A stretch of 64,000 nt of DNA from Antedon mediterranea (Eukaryota > Animalia > Echinodermata). Location of the stretch: NCBI RefSeq assembly GCF_964355755.1, contig NC_092678.1, forward strand, positions 16,473,881 to 16,537,880. The letters are read 5' to 3'. Made by a program: the position numbers and the translations under genes. Under the pieces are notes generated by a model. It was not told the DNA's origin, did not search any database, and saw only the letters and a program-made list of their open reading frames with translations. This document shows positions 50,188 through 64,000 of the stretch, piece by piece (positions within the stretch are counted from its first letter, which is position 1; the number at the start of each line of letters is the position of its first letter).

Positions 50188-53100
50188 TTAGCAGCAGTCT
50201 TTTTTCATTTTCAAAACTCCATTATACTTCAGGCCACCGTCATCATCTGTTGAAAAGATAGAAATGTGTTAAATGAGCATAGTGGCATAAAACATAATCA
50301 TCATTATCACAAAAGTACACCCTTGCCAGTTGATTAGTTGATTTCGTATGACGTAGAACTGGTTATTTCATTCAATTCAATGGTCAGCGCATTTTTACCA
50401 TTTAAGGCCCATTTACACTAGGGCGATAACGATCGACGATAAAATAGGTAAACATACATTTTTCTTTAATAAAACAAAATAAATTAGGGTTTTCGTTCTA
50501 GAACTATAGGATAATCATTTATGGTGTATTAAAAAAACATTTTTTTTAAATCTAATCAAATGACGTCATGATCAATAAAAACAAGAAAATCGTTGTATTA
50601 TCACGATATTATTGCTCTTACTAATCATGACGTCATTTTATTGGACGTGTGGAAATATTATTGTCATCTAAGGCAGCATAGATGATAATCCTATAGTTCT
50701 AAGATGAAAACTTTTTAAAATTCTCTTTGTTTTAGTTTTAAAAAATGCATTTTTATCTTTTTCATCGATCGTTATCACCTTAGTATAAATGGGCCTTTAA
50801 GATTGTGGCACTTAAAAAAACTCACTGTAGTGTAAAGCAAAGACGGGTAGCTCAAGTTTGACCAATCACAAACGACAGTTCAGATGAGGCGTCAAATTAC
50901 TCACATTGGACGTATATGGCAGTGAGACATTAATGGGAGCTAAATAGTGATATAAACTCACACAGCCAGTTGCCCTCACTAGTTCCAGCCGTCTTGAAGT
51001 CCGGCAAGCTTTTTGTCAAAAAGTCCCAGGCGTCTTTACTGATAAACACCCACGTTACACCATGATCGTTACTGCGCATGTAACTGCGCATGTCCATGTG
51101 AAGGCCATAGATAAGTCCTGTAAGCTGGTCAGATCCAATGACATTGTGTACGTTCATTGGTAGAGCTATTAAAGAATATTTATATTTTGATACATATTAT
51201 AATGATAATAGTATAGGGATATATTTTTCATTTTGACATAAGAAAAATATTAATAATATGCAATGTTCTGTTTATGTGCCTTTTTTTTAAATCGAAAAAG
51301 TGAGAACATGAAAGTCATTGTTTTGTAGGCGCTAAGCATTCAAGGAAGGATTTATTGAGAAAAGAAATGTAGGCACTACGCCTAACCATTCATTGATAGT
51401 TGTCTGCAAATCCAAAAATCCCAGGGAGACAATGTCAGTGTTAGGCCTATTACTTATTGATTTATAAAGTTAGAGATTCCTCTTGCTGCCCATATTGATG
51501 TGTATGATGACCCGTGGCAGCAAAGCTCCAAGTATGGAAGGTTTTGATATATCAGCCAGCCTCAGGTCAGTGCTATTCGTTGAGGGACATTACGAAAACA
51601 ATCGTCATTGTTTTACCTTTCCAGCGTCCATCTGGCGGATTATCTTGTACATAGCAGGACGGAACAATCTTGTCTGATACACGTCCAACTGAAGGGTTAC
51701 AAGCAAAAATGACTTCATTATCCGGATTGTCCAACTTCTTAGTTATGACAAAACCCTGGTCATAATAATCTGTCGAAATAATACAAAAAACATCGATAAA
51801 TTAATCCACAAGGCCTTATTCATCGATTAATTACATTGTGTGGAAAATATCTTGTTGATGTCGTATTGATGCTTCATAAACATTGCTAAAAGTCATATGG
51901 ATAGAAACCAAACCATTACTGCTCCTCGTCTATGGAATGCTCTACCGAGCTCTATCAGATTTTGCAAAACTGTTGATACTTTAAACAAAATATTAAAAAC
52001 ACATTTATTCATTAAGGCATATGGAAATCATGAGGTTTCTTAAAGTTCTAGAATTGTATAGTATACTTTTTCCTGACCAGCATTATCTTTGGGGTGCCTC
52101 TGTCTTGGTTGTTGTCTCTGAGCACCCGGTCGTCTGTGGCAAGGCAAATGTGTATCCTGTTCCTTTGTTTGGTCACCTAGGTAGGCGTCCGGGACCGCGA
52201 CAGAACGAGAACGGATGGGGACCCTCCAAAGAAATTGCATTTTATTTGTCGTGCATTTGCATGATTTGTTTTATTTTTTTGAATGCGCCTTGAGCACTCT
52301 TGAGTGGTATGTGCGCTATAAAAATTCTGTTATTATTATTATTAAACCATGTCAAGATGATAAAATAGGAACGAGGAGTGCTCGAGGAGTGTATAATAAC
52401 ATTATACTACTCTGTTTTGTTTAGGTAGTCATAATTTTAGGAGTTCTTGTCTATTTTTTTATATAGGTTACGCGTCAGTGTTGACAAAGTAATTTGAGTT
52501 CATAAGCAACTTGTGATATATTAGCTATACCGTCAGGCTCTTTATTCCAAACTTACCTGGAACTGGGCATTTACTAGGATCACTGACACACACAGTATGT
52601 TTCCCGTTTTCACACTTATGAGCACCAGCCACGCAAGCATCGCACTGGCTAGATGCCCCATCATAATGGCAGACGTCTGTCTGAGATTTGGTCCATTTGC
52701 TGTACCTCATCACAGCCTCTTTTGTAGGTCCTAGTACTGGTTCTGGTGTACCCTCATCTGAAGAAAATACTGGTTCTGGTGTTCCCTCATCTGAAGAAAA
52801 AGTATATAATAATGGAAATACTTTCTCTTATTTTGCTGAAACTCTTTTTCTAATAGACAATATTTGTGTGCTACTTTATTACAAAATTGCAGTTGTAACT
52901 ATTCTAAAGGTATATTGTGGCAACCAAGTGCCCAATCTCAACGCAACAATTTGTCCTTAGGTCAAAGTTTAAAACATTATTGCATTTATCCTATAATTAT
53001 CCGATTTGAATGTGGTTATTATCGGTTAATTTTTCTGCAGCGGAATCAGTTAAACCCCATTTCCACATGAACTTTATCGGTTAATTATCGGTTAAGTTTA

Positions 53101-56100
53101 TCGGTTAAGGTTTATCGGTTATTGTTTGGCTGCTCTGCAACATGGTCTTGTGCAGTACGTAAGAACCATGGATTTAGCGTACCGTGTTCAAAATCTAACA
53201 TATGATACTCGCAGATAGCTGGTAGGATAGCGGTGCAGTCCATTATGTCCCAGTCACCAAGATCAGTACGGACATCTCTTGTATCGTAGACATCTACAAA
53301 AGCCGCAGCTCCGCAGTCTTCAGTCAGACTTGTTCCGGGTCTGTTTGGTAGCCATTTTGTAAAAGACGCCGATGACCCGTTTGTCCACTTGAAAGTATCA
53401 GTACCCTAGAACATATAAATTGTTATAATTGAAGTCATAAGAAGTATTATAAACGGCATGCCATGTGATTAATAATAGACATGTCCTGTCAAAGTAAGTT
53501 ACGTCCCCTTTCTCGTGTAGTTAGCATGGCCAGTTCATTACGGTGATTACGAGTGACACGGGGTCTGATAGCCATTCTCACCCCAACGTCTTTCAGCCCA
53601 ATCCAGTATTTGTATGGCGAGAGTGCTGGAACGAGGTCGCGAAGAAATTGCTGTTCAAACGTATCTTCAATCATGACTAATTGCGCATTGTCTGCTTCAC
53701 AGGCCGCCTTTGCTGCATCCCAAGTTTCTAGCGTGTCGTTGAACACTTTGTAACACGTTTCTTTGTAAGGTGTGTAACCAGACCGACATAAATCTAGAAG
53801 TACAGTGTAAGAGTCATAGAGTAATTATTATCAGCTGATTCATGTTTGTAAGAATCATAGACATACTCTTAATTACAACGTAATAGATCGATGACATGTA
53901 AACTTGTATCAACGAAAGTTGGTTTGGTCGAGGAAGTCACCGTTATGATACACATGTGATCCTGTATCTACAACTTATCTATGTTACAGGGTGAATTGTC
54001 GATACTTTACCGATATTACAATCATTATAAACATAATTCAGATTTGATAAGAATGGCTTTATGTTGTGAAATTTTTTAGGCGCCTTATGTTTAAAAACAG
54101 CAGTTAAAATACGGCACATGCAATCCTCACAACCTGGTGAGATGCGCCTAATATTCATTTAAACATGGTTAGAATATATGCAGACAATGTATAACTCTTT
54201 CAGATTACACTTACCACCACCACCAACATCTGGTCTTTCCGAATACATAAATTGAAAAGGTTTTGTGCAAGAAAGAACTTTAGCGCTATTAACAGTCGAG
54301 AACCACAACAAATCAGCCACGCCAACAAAGCGACGAGTGCCCGGAGCAGTTTTTCCGTTTTTGTCGATTCCTAGGCGTACACGGAAAGTTGGTTTTGCGG
54401 CAATCTGTATGGTTCCAAGCTGTGAAATACATGCGAAATGTTACTACGTCTGTCTTTGATTTCATTTAGAAAACCCCTGTCGACTTATATCATAAGTCAT
54501 TAAAACAGAGAAGGTTACATTTCATAAATATGTACGTTAATGTATTCTGAACTTGTTACACTGAAGGTACTACACTGGCCATCCACCCGTTTCCTAATCT
54601 TTAAAAATGTATCAGCGCTGTAGGTAAACACCTAACATACTTAAAAGTACTCTTCCAGCTGACTGTGGGCACTACACATAATTAAAGCTGTTGATTGTAG
54701 AATAACTTACATTAAATCGAACAGGAGATGGTCCAGGCATGTTTGGGTTTACCGCTGGTGACTGGAACAGCTCTGTGTATTCTGATTCAAGTTTAATATA
54801 TTGCACATTTTTCGACTTCAATATTGTGAAAGTTACATCTACTGCTTTTCCCGTTGAATCGTCATCGTGCCAAATACTAATCAGTATTATTACATCATCG
54901 CTGAAAATAACAACCAACAAATACTATTATCGAAATTAAATTAGAGTGGTACCACAATCACTATATCCCAATACTTATAGGATGCCAAGAGTGATTATGT
55001 GAACATATCTGCCGTACTTTGAGAAAAGGGCTTATCTACAAAAAGCTATTTTTTAGTAATTGACAAAAACAAAAACCTGTTTTTGTTTTTCATTACCAAC
55101 GTTCATGTAATATTTTATTTTCAAATGAATATATTTCAAAAGTACATTATTGAAAAATATCTGACATAATATTCAATTATTACTTTTTTATTTTGGGAGT
55201 CAAATTGCAGATAAAGCCTTTTTCCAAATTAGTTGTACTTAAAAATGGCGGGAAATACCTTGAAAACCTTTGCAGTTATTTTCTTTTTTTTAAATCAAAA
55301 TTTACCAAAAGATTTAGTAACTTTAGTTAAAATAAATTATAAATGCAATTTAGATTAGGTAATTTGTAAAAAGGCTTTTCTACTGAAAGTATTAATCTGC
55401 CTCATTATATATTCATCATACCGTTATCTGATTTTGTCAAACGACTCAAATGCCAAATGCCGCAGCCCAAATGTCAAATGCTTATGTACAAATTGGTTAC
55501 ATTTAAAATTCGTCAAACATGAACAATGATTGACAACGATCAAATACGACGAATGCAATTGTTTGCCAATTAAATAATGCACATCACAATTTCTGATAGT
55601 GTTCGCTAGTGTCAACTTGAACCATTCTAATTGATCTTATTTCATCCATACAATTCTACAATAATCAGAACAATTACTCTTACATTGCTTGTATCCAAAA
55701 CCAAACTTACCCTTTATAAAAGGAATTAAATTCGTATGTTATCTTGAACGACATCTTAGGCTTCGGAACTTCATTTATCAGCGTATAAACTGGTACTTCT
55801 CCAACCCAGATGTGAGCTCCGTCGCCATTCTGCATTCCAAGTCCTAACCAGTGCTCTGATCCATTGACCACCGCGTCTGTATCGTCTAGGACAACTTCAA
55901 TTTCTAACGCCAAGATGTTATTGTAAGCATCTGGGTCATTCACTTCAATAAATCCGTCAAACTGTGTCACCGACCAGTCTTTAAGGATGCCGAAATCATC
56001 ATCGTTAGCAATGTACTGCGTCTGAGGAGCGTAGTAGCAGAACTCTGTCGAATATGTACACGATAAGGAGTCACTGACATACGAAACGGACACTTTGCTG

Positions 56101-59100
56101 ATACTCCACTGCTCGCTTGTCTTGTTAGTCGTAAAGTTGTATGGTAGTGTGACTTCAATTGTAGGATCAGCGGTACCTTTTGGAAACTCAACAATAAGGT
56201 TCATATGCACCTTTTGCCCAACGTTAACATAAACATTGCCATCTGCAGACTGCTCAGTGATGTTCATCACGAAATGCGGTAGTTTACTAAAAACTGCGTT
56301 TGACACTCCTTCTGCGGTGACTAAGCCATTGAATATGTCAGTTAATTCAGCAGTTATAGTTACACGTAAAATAACTCCAGGTTTTACATCGGCTACAAAG
56401 AAATTTATATAACAACAATAAATATAGATTATTATTGTATGTCTAAAATAATGCAAATTAGGAAGACATTAAAACTATAATGTTCACTTCAAAGACGTAT
56501 TGGTGTTATATTTCTTGTCAAATACATGCCTTAAACTACGAAAGCATAGTTTTTGTTAGCACTTGCTGACATAATTACGATTTTGTACAACAAAGCGATG
56601 TATACAGTTACCGGAGGGATCTATAGGAACTGTTATAATGTGATATGGTTGGTTGGGGTCTGCACATTAATTCATAATACTTTTACAAAAGAATATCAAT
56701 TTGATAATAAATCTGATCTTATACGCTAACGACATCGGTTTTATAGGAACAAGGATGTGGTAACACTCATTTGGGTTCAAAAGCTTACAGTGTAATTTAT
56801 TATTTTGGCTAAAAAAAAAAAAGATTCGGTTAAAATACCATTAACAGTGGAATTGATGGTTCCCTCAAATTGAATGTCAGATGAAAATAAACTGTTATTA
56901 CTAAAGGACAAAGTAATTTCTGATGCGGAGACCAGTGTGACCATGAAGTTACTCTGAAAAAATACAATGAATCCGTTAGGAGTGGAGCTGTGGCTTGGTG
57001 GTTAGGAGTGGAGCTGTGGCTTGGTGGTTATGATGCTTGGCTACCAATCTAAGGGTCCTGGGTTCAAGTCCTATCATATGTCAGGGTTTTTTTCTCATGA
57101 CAATTTACAACTCCACTCCCAAAGACTTAATAATAAGTCTTTGTTTATGTAGAGCATCTTGTGTATATGTTTGTCTTGTGAAATTTTAAATAGTTTATCC
57201 ATCCTGTAATTGGCGGGTTACTCGCTGTTGGATGAGTATGAAATAAATAAATAAATAAATAAAAACATCTCATAGCAAATCTGACTTAAAAATAAAAACA
57301 CAGTAGATCGGTCAAATGAAGAAGAAACCCAGCAATAGGTAAATATCTTTAGCGGTAATGTAAATAGAATCTCTGAGATTAAAGTCGGCAAAGTCGGATC
57401 TTCTACTTCATTTTTTCCGCACGCCCAACCAACAATTATATTATAGAGAAAAGAACTATATCTATTGTTTTACATACCATTACATTAAGTTGTATTTAAT
57501 TATTTTACTGCTAAAATCACACGTCACACTATTTATTTTGACCACAACTTTACCCCGTTAACCAATATTTTAAAAAAATACAAATCAAAATCATACCGTC
57601 ATGGTTGACTCGATGTTTCCGTTTCCTGTTAAAGTCCATATAAAAGGATCTGCAGACAGGTTGAACTGAAAAAAGATGTTTACTATAAATACCCGATTAT
57701 CAGTGCTGTATCTAGATTTGCCCAGTTTCATAGGAATAGTTGGTAATACAACATCTCATGTGTTTCACATGTTTCTCATGTGATAATAATAACCAAATAT
57801 TCCTCTCATACTTGGAAACTACATCTCGTAAATACAGCACTGAGAATCGGGTAATAATTACATCCAACCGGTATTTAGTATTATATACATGTTCCACGTG
57901 TGTTATTTTTTGGATAAACGAACGTATACGTATATTTATCCATGTCGACACACGACACATGAATTCGTAGCTTGTTTCTTTTGGCCAAATTCATTTTACG
58001 TACGTCAGTAGGACAGACAAATGTGATCCATTGTTCGCAGTAAGCTTATGTTGGATTTATTTAAATTTTTGTTCTTGTTTATGTTTTTAAGAACTCAGAA
58101 CTTCACTGATGAAATATGATATACAAATATATTTTCAACAATTTTAATTAAAAATCTCAATGGTATAGTTAATACAAAACGCATAGAAAATCCGGATCAC
58201 GCACATGTGACGTATGCGCGAATTTCACCCATTAAGCGACTACGAAGTGTTCCTTTTTAGTTAATTACCTCCATATTCTCAGCTGTAAGGGTGACTTTCA
58301 AGCCTTTTCCTGACCCAGTAGTGTTCACCAAGAAATCTGTCTTCACTTCATCTCCAATTCCGTAGTAGGTTGTTGAATCTTCTACGGTTGCTCCCGCATC
58401 CACGATGATGATGGGAGCTGAAAGTATAAGTTCAGCAATAAACAATTAGATAATAACAATAAAAATAAGAACAATTATTATACAAATAATTAATGTTTAT
58501 TCCTTGAAAAACTGACTACACTATTTAACGAGGCATAATTGACCAATAACAATTTCAAGAATACATTCAGGTGCATTATAAATGTATCTTTGCGATGGTC
58601 TGCTATCAGATTATTTACAATCAATTTGTAATCAATTACATGTTATATCGTTTTTTAATAGTTAAATGTGTCATCAAAAGGATATTGATTAATTTTGTTT
58701 GCATAATTATTTCGTTGTGTCCAACCTAATAGTTTGTTGGCAATACTATTTGAATAAGTTTAAAAGTTTAATTCAGAATCATAATATTTTAAAAACAATT
58801 ATTCATTATTAATTTAAAGCTTGGTTCCCATTAGAAAATACATCCTCGCGTTGTGTTTGATTTTTGGCAGAATCCATTACTACAGAACGGGGAAGATACG
58901 GTAAAGTTATTCACAATCGCCTCTATTTTGGGTTTATCATTGAAGCAAAACGAAAAAATCTGCGCGCAATGCATGCCGGTATTTAAAGCTAGCCGCTTAA
59001 ATTATTATAATCCACTTCTTTTTCAGTTTTTACCCGTTTAAAACAACAAAAAGCACGCAATATAGGCCCATTTAGGGCTCATTAAAAAAAAATGTAGTCT

Positions 59101-62100
59101 ATACACAATATTTAGGGAAAATATCTTATTTCTATCAGCTCATAGTTTAATATGTTACTCTCCAATTCTCCACTATGCGTTTGAATCACAACACGAAAAT
59201 ATTTCGTCGATTTTAAATAATTTCGGGAACTGAGTGAACATCGCGTCCAATTTCGTCCTAAAGAGTGTTTTTACTAGCACATTTGACTTAATTGTAAATG
59301 TAGGTACTTAACAAAGGTAAATAAAAAATGGGCTTTTTGATCACAAATTTACTTTACTATTAACAGGCCTATACTGAAATAGAAATATAAAAGCAACGCT
59401 AATGGAACGTGTGCCATTTGCATCTTTAACAAAAATTTGAGTTAGCAATTTAATTTGAATATTTGAATATTAAAATAGAATATTTACTTTTTAAAATATA
59501 TAATCCTCTTGGATTATTAAGTCGACTATCACTACTTTCCTTTGATGATACTCCAGTTGTTATATTAACTCGATATATACCACCAGATGTGTCTGTCCAG
59601 TAAAGATAGTTTCCATAAATATCTATACCCCACGGGTAATCCAGCCCAGTTATAATCGTTCTACTGTTAGTACCGTTAAGGTTAGCTTCCTCAATTAACT
59701 TACTGCTCCAATCACTCCAATACATCTTTTCATCTTGAAAATAATAAAAAAAAAACAAAAATGAGAGAGAGAGACGTATACGATTGAATACTGTACTTGA
59801 ATAAGCGTATAAAGTTTTAACAAAACGAAAATTTCAAGCAAGTGACCTTTTAGTAGGCGCGCAAAAATGGATTATCGTGCAATTAGTTTAAATGAAGAAA
59901 AGTTCTCAAGAAAATAAATCACAATGTAAAACTAAAAAAAAAAATAATTGAGAAAAGTGTACTCAACTGTAAGCATAACTTTGATTATGGTGTCTGAGCA
60001 ACATACTTTGTGCTTAACAAGTAAAAATATCAGTATGCGATGTTCATTCGTTTCTGAACGTGCGCAGGGTTGTCTTTTTACTCAAAAGCCGCGTGGCGCG
60101 TCGTTTGAACGCAAAGTCGCTAATGTCAGGAAGTAAAGTAAGACGCAGACTCTACTATATCCAGTACATTGCATGTCAAAGTGATAACCCCACGTACATT
60201 TGACATGATTTTGTAGTATCATGCACGAGCATTACATTGCTGAGCCAGTCACGAATGCGCACACAATGCTTACATATAGAGAGCGTGCACATTGTTAGCC
60301 TAATGTTGTCAGTACATGCATTATATCTACTACCGGTACATCTTTTCTATCTTGTAAATAGTATATCAACACAGTAAGGAAGAGAGAATGAATTCAATAT
60401 ATTGATAATATAGTTTGTTCATATGCTTGCTTATCCTTATTATATTATAAGTGTTAACAAGTCAAATTATGTTAAAACGGTTTAGTGTGAATATATGTTG
60501 TAACATCCATAGCACTTATCAACCACCGCCTTGCCTAATCGTTATGTGGATAACTTTAGACATAGGCCACGATATGTAATCGATCGTTGTTTTCGTCATT
60601 AAGTTCTACAGGCTCAAAAGTTGGTAACATTTTGTTTTTTAGCCTACAAAGTTACTCCTGTTGCAGGTATAAATACGCAACGTGGCCAGAAATGATCATG
60701 TGATTTATAGTAAGCGACTTTATGTACAGGCATCAATAATCATGATTATAAATAGTTAGTAAAAGTCTACATAATACGGTAGTACTAGTCTACATAATAC
60801 GGTAGTACTAGTCTACATAATACGGTAGTACTAGTCTACATAATACGGTAGTACTAGTCTACATAATACGGTAGTACTAGTCTACATAATACGGTAGTAC
60901 TAGTCTACATAATACGGTAGTACTAGTCTACATAATACGGTAGTACTAGTCTACATAATACGGTAGTACTAGTCTACATAATACGGTAGTACTAGTCTAC
61001 ATAATACGGTAGTACTAGTCTACATAATACGGTAGTACTAGTCTACATAATACGGTAGTACTAGTCTACATAATACGGTAGTACTAGTCTACATAATGCG
61101 GTAGTACTAGTCTACATAATACGGTAGTACTAGTCTACATAATACGGTAGTACTAGTCTACATAATACGGTAGTACTAGTCTACATAATACGGTAGTACT
61201 AGTCTACATAATACGGTAGTACTAGTCTACATAATACGGTAGTACTAGTCTACATAATACGGTAGTACTAGTCTACATAATACGGTAGTACTAGTCTACA
61301 TAATACGGTAGTACTAGTCTACATAATACGGTAGTACTAGTCTACATAATACGGTAGTACTAGTCTACATAATACGGTAGTACTAGTCTACATAATACGG
61401 TAGTACTATTATATAACTTACTTGCATTTAACATGGTCATACAGTAACTTACCGGGAACTGCTAAAACAAGTCCTTTTGATATTGGTACGTTTGTTACTA
61501 AGACGGTTCTTGTACTCAAGTCATTTAACTTCGCTCGCTCTATCCTTTTGTTTCCTCTATCAGTCCAGTACAGGTATCTAAGCATAAGTATAATCTATGT
61601 TACTACATTCTGTTACAAGTAGTTCACGTCCTTTCCACAGATAAAAAATATATTGAAACTTACGAAACTACTGAAGCTGATAAGTTATTAATGATTTACG
61701 AACAATGTAAAAAGAAATAACTCTTTATTACTTCCTTTATTGAGTGGTATTAATGCATTATTATTATTACGTTTTTGCTTATAATCAAAATGAAGAACCA
61801 AAAGAATGGAAATAATGTGAAATTCATAGTTGATCTCCCTCCAACGTGAAAAGAGGTTTACTGTCTATATAAGGTGACATTACCCGTTAGATATATCAAA
61901 CGTAACTAAAAAGAATTGAATATAACTTTAATACGGCCAGTCTTTTACTAATATTAGTAATTAATTTAGTAAAAGTGGTTCAATACAGTGTAGCAGTGTA
62001 TCACATGTGACACATGTATAAGCCTAACATAACTTTAACCATAACATAGTACAGGCGCCATGTGAAGCATGTGGCAAGGTATTTACAGAATTAGCCTATA

Positions 62101-62547
62101 CTGGACAGATTGTACGATACGGTGCAGAGAATCGGGTGTGAAGTATAGAAGCTTCTTAAGTTGAGATGTTATTAATGAAATTCATTTCGTTGAATGTTTT
62201 AAACGTAAAGGCAATTCTTTTTTTAAACATTCTTATTATTAAATTTGAATGAACTTAAATGTATGGTTTAGATGCATTAATAATATACAGAATACAAGTT
62301 CACCTGAGATGTGATCACACAGTTCATTTCCTTTGGATGAGTGGAAAAAAATAGATAGATGTACGTTAAGAGAGAGTGACATACCCGTTAGCTGTATCTA
62401 TCTCAATTGCATGTGGTTTTTCTAATCCTGTGTCAAACAGAATTGTTCTGTTTGTTCCATCCAGATTGATTACTTCAATTCGGCCTTCTTTTTTCTCTGT
62501 CCAATAAAGTTTTTTTCCAACTTCATCAACGGCTAAACCACGCACAC
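50188..62547 (-). CDS. Paralogue C (5'-partial, exons 3-17) of the same YWTD/C-type lectin gene
   Basis: Exons 62385-62547, 61453-61577, 59488-59733, 58269-58417, 57597-57665, 56839-56953, 55711-56392, 54711-54900, 54215-54419, 53582-53793, 53183-53405, 52557-52790 (or -52757), 51617-51769, 50962-51165, 50188-50246. Exon sizes and phases match B except exons 6 and 14 (in-frame indels). The last bases of the window match the intron just below exon 2 of A, so exon 2 should lie immediately beyond 64000. Confidence 0.9.
50405..50796. mobile_element. PIF/Harbinger-type MITE, TIR AGGCCCATTTACACTAGG..., TTA target duplication
   Basis: Inverted ends of ~35 bp with TTA on both sides. Absent from intron 16 of B (~15450). 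Confidence 0.85.
51850..52345 (+). mobile_element. 3' end of an L2/CR1-group LINE
   Basis: Encodes APRLWNALPSSIR...ILKTHLF, the typical L2/CR1 ORF2 end. The 3' tail is gcgccttgagcact...gtgcgctataaaa + (ATT)n. Absent from B. Confidence 0.7.
56975..57265 (+). mobile_element. tRNA-derived SINE with duplicated 26-bp head and (AAAT)n tail
   Basis: A-box-like TGGCTTGGTGG, B box GGTTCAAGTCC and tail aaataaataaataaataaat. The empty site is in B at ~22365. Confidence 0.8.
60764..61407. repeat. Minisatellite, 23-bp unit AGTCTACATAATACGGTAGTACT x28
   Basis: Exact 23-bp period with one variant base near 61098. A has a single unit at 1664-1686. Confidence 0.97.
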
Positions 62548-64000
62548 CTTAAATAATGATGACAATTAAACAATTACTGCAATCCTAACCTATGAAATTT
62601 ACTTTATATGCTATAGACTAAAACTGTGTTAACACATTTCAAATGATGCTCAACCCTCGGCTAGGGTTATGTATTTTATTTTACGAAACTTTAGCACGAG
62701 GACGAAAACGTTTAATTTAACGGATGACGTAAACATTAAGTTATTTGCATAATAGTGTAGTTCATGATTCAGCAGTTGCGATACCCTTTGGTTAACGTTT
62801 TTCACGTCGCTATTATTCAGAAATAAGGTTCACGACGCAACTAACTGTAGTTGTTCGTAATGCTTGCCCACGTAGAATAAAAAAGTATGTTTATATACGG
62901 TATACATATAATTTAAGGCGTATCTTAAAAAAACCAAGGCAGTGTACATTTTATGATGGGAACATTATATAAGTTATGCGTTCGGAGGCCTAAAACAGAT
63001 TCAATTTCTTTTAATGAAGTTCAACATCGTAAAGGTCAGCACTATTTTAGATTATAAATTTCAAGAATCTGCAGATTTAGGTACAAACAAGTTTTAGTGA
63101 GATTCCTTAGATATTAGTTAGTGACATTGCAAGAGATAGCTTGGGTTTTACAAGAACATTGATCCTATTGCAGAGAAATATTAATTAGATTTGGTGGCAA
63201 TTTATTTACAAAATAATTAGATAATGTCTTTATGTTTACAGAGCATGATATATTGATTGTATTCTATGTTGTTTTTAACAGTTACTTTTACTGTCTGGTT
63301 GAATTTTTTTTGTAAAATTCTGTTTATGATATTCATAATAATCTTCTACGTTTATTTCTGTAGGTTTTATTATTTAATTATGTTCGGTGATTTGATTCCT
63401 AGTGTTTATTGATTCTATTTATCCTTTATTATCCCAGGTGTTTTGTTTAGTTCTTCTATGCAGTGGAAATGAAAAAAGAAACATTTTTGTTTGCGAAAGC
63501 GGTATATAAAAGATTGGCCTATATAAATTACAAATATGCTGTAAAATGGTTTAACTTCTCCTACTCTTTTGGACTAGGGGCTATCTTTCCTAACCTCACA
63601 TCTGCCATCAACCCTTACTGAAATCTTTCGATTCAGGAATCCTAAATCCGACCTCGTTATCTAAAAAATCAGAGGAATTGATAATTGGTGCTTATACTTA
63701 TAACATAACCTATGCAAAAAGAGGTAAAACGTAAATTCTTAACGACATTATTTTAGTTTAGTATCCTCAAACGTTTAATTATGATTATTAAACAACAACG
63801 TTTAGTTCAACAACACTTGGTTCCACCTTGAAAAGAGTTGGTCTATTTAGGCGATGTAAATCTAACGAAATTATAAACTTGCTACTAAATAATTAGGCCT
63901 ATTCTTAAAAAAAATAAACATTAACAAAAAAATACATTTCTTTTGCATACAATTTGATTTAAAAGTTTGCGAAACAAATGCTACAAAATATCGTGATGCT

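Noticed and set aside
60764-61407. Regular short repeats resembling a CRISPR array
   Set aside because: The units are contiguous with no unique spacers, there are no cas genes, and the context is a eukaryotic intron. It is a minisatellite.

Overview
AT-rich animal (invertebrate-type; taxon not determinable from sequence alone) genomic DNA, not prokaryotic. The window holds a head-to-tail tandem array of three paralogues of one multi-exon minus-strand gene: copy A (5' part only, ATG at 10826, running off the left edge), copy B (complete, 17 coding exons, 35392->15236, 3288 nt, 1095 aa) and copy C (exons 3-17, 62547->50188, 5' end beyond the right edge). I reconstructed the exons by hand: all introns are GT-AG and all phases join into an open frame. 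The predicted product is a secreted protein: signal peptide, a six-bladed YWTD (LDLR class B) beta-propeller with no EGF/LDL-A partner, a ~470-aa beta-rich stalk, a non-canonical C-type lectin domain, a 6-Cys module, an Asp-box-containing tail and a terminal CC, with no transmembrane segment. The main signal is that the paralogues differ almost only by amino-acid-changing substitutions in the loops of the propeller's putative ligand face, in places more than the neighbouring introns, while the lectin and C-terminal half are nearly constant. This looks like a diversifying variable-head/constant-tail recognition family. Introns and intergenic DNA carry many paralogue-specific insertions: a decayed PIF/Harbinger element, Penelope-like elements with hammerhead-ribozyme motifs, a Gypsy remnant, LINE and SINE ends, MITEs, a fresh 23-bp x28 minisatellite, and a (TA)n-targeted ~366-bp tandem unit carrying a cloverleaf tRNA-like gene with the unusual anticodon ATC. 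One copy of that unit is split at its anticodon loop by a hAT-like element. Most short ORFs in the supplied track are spurious or antisense to exons.
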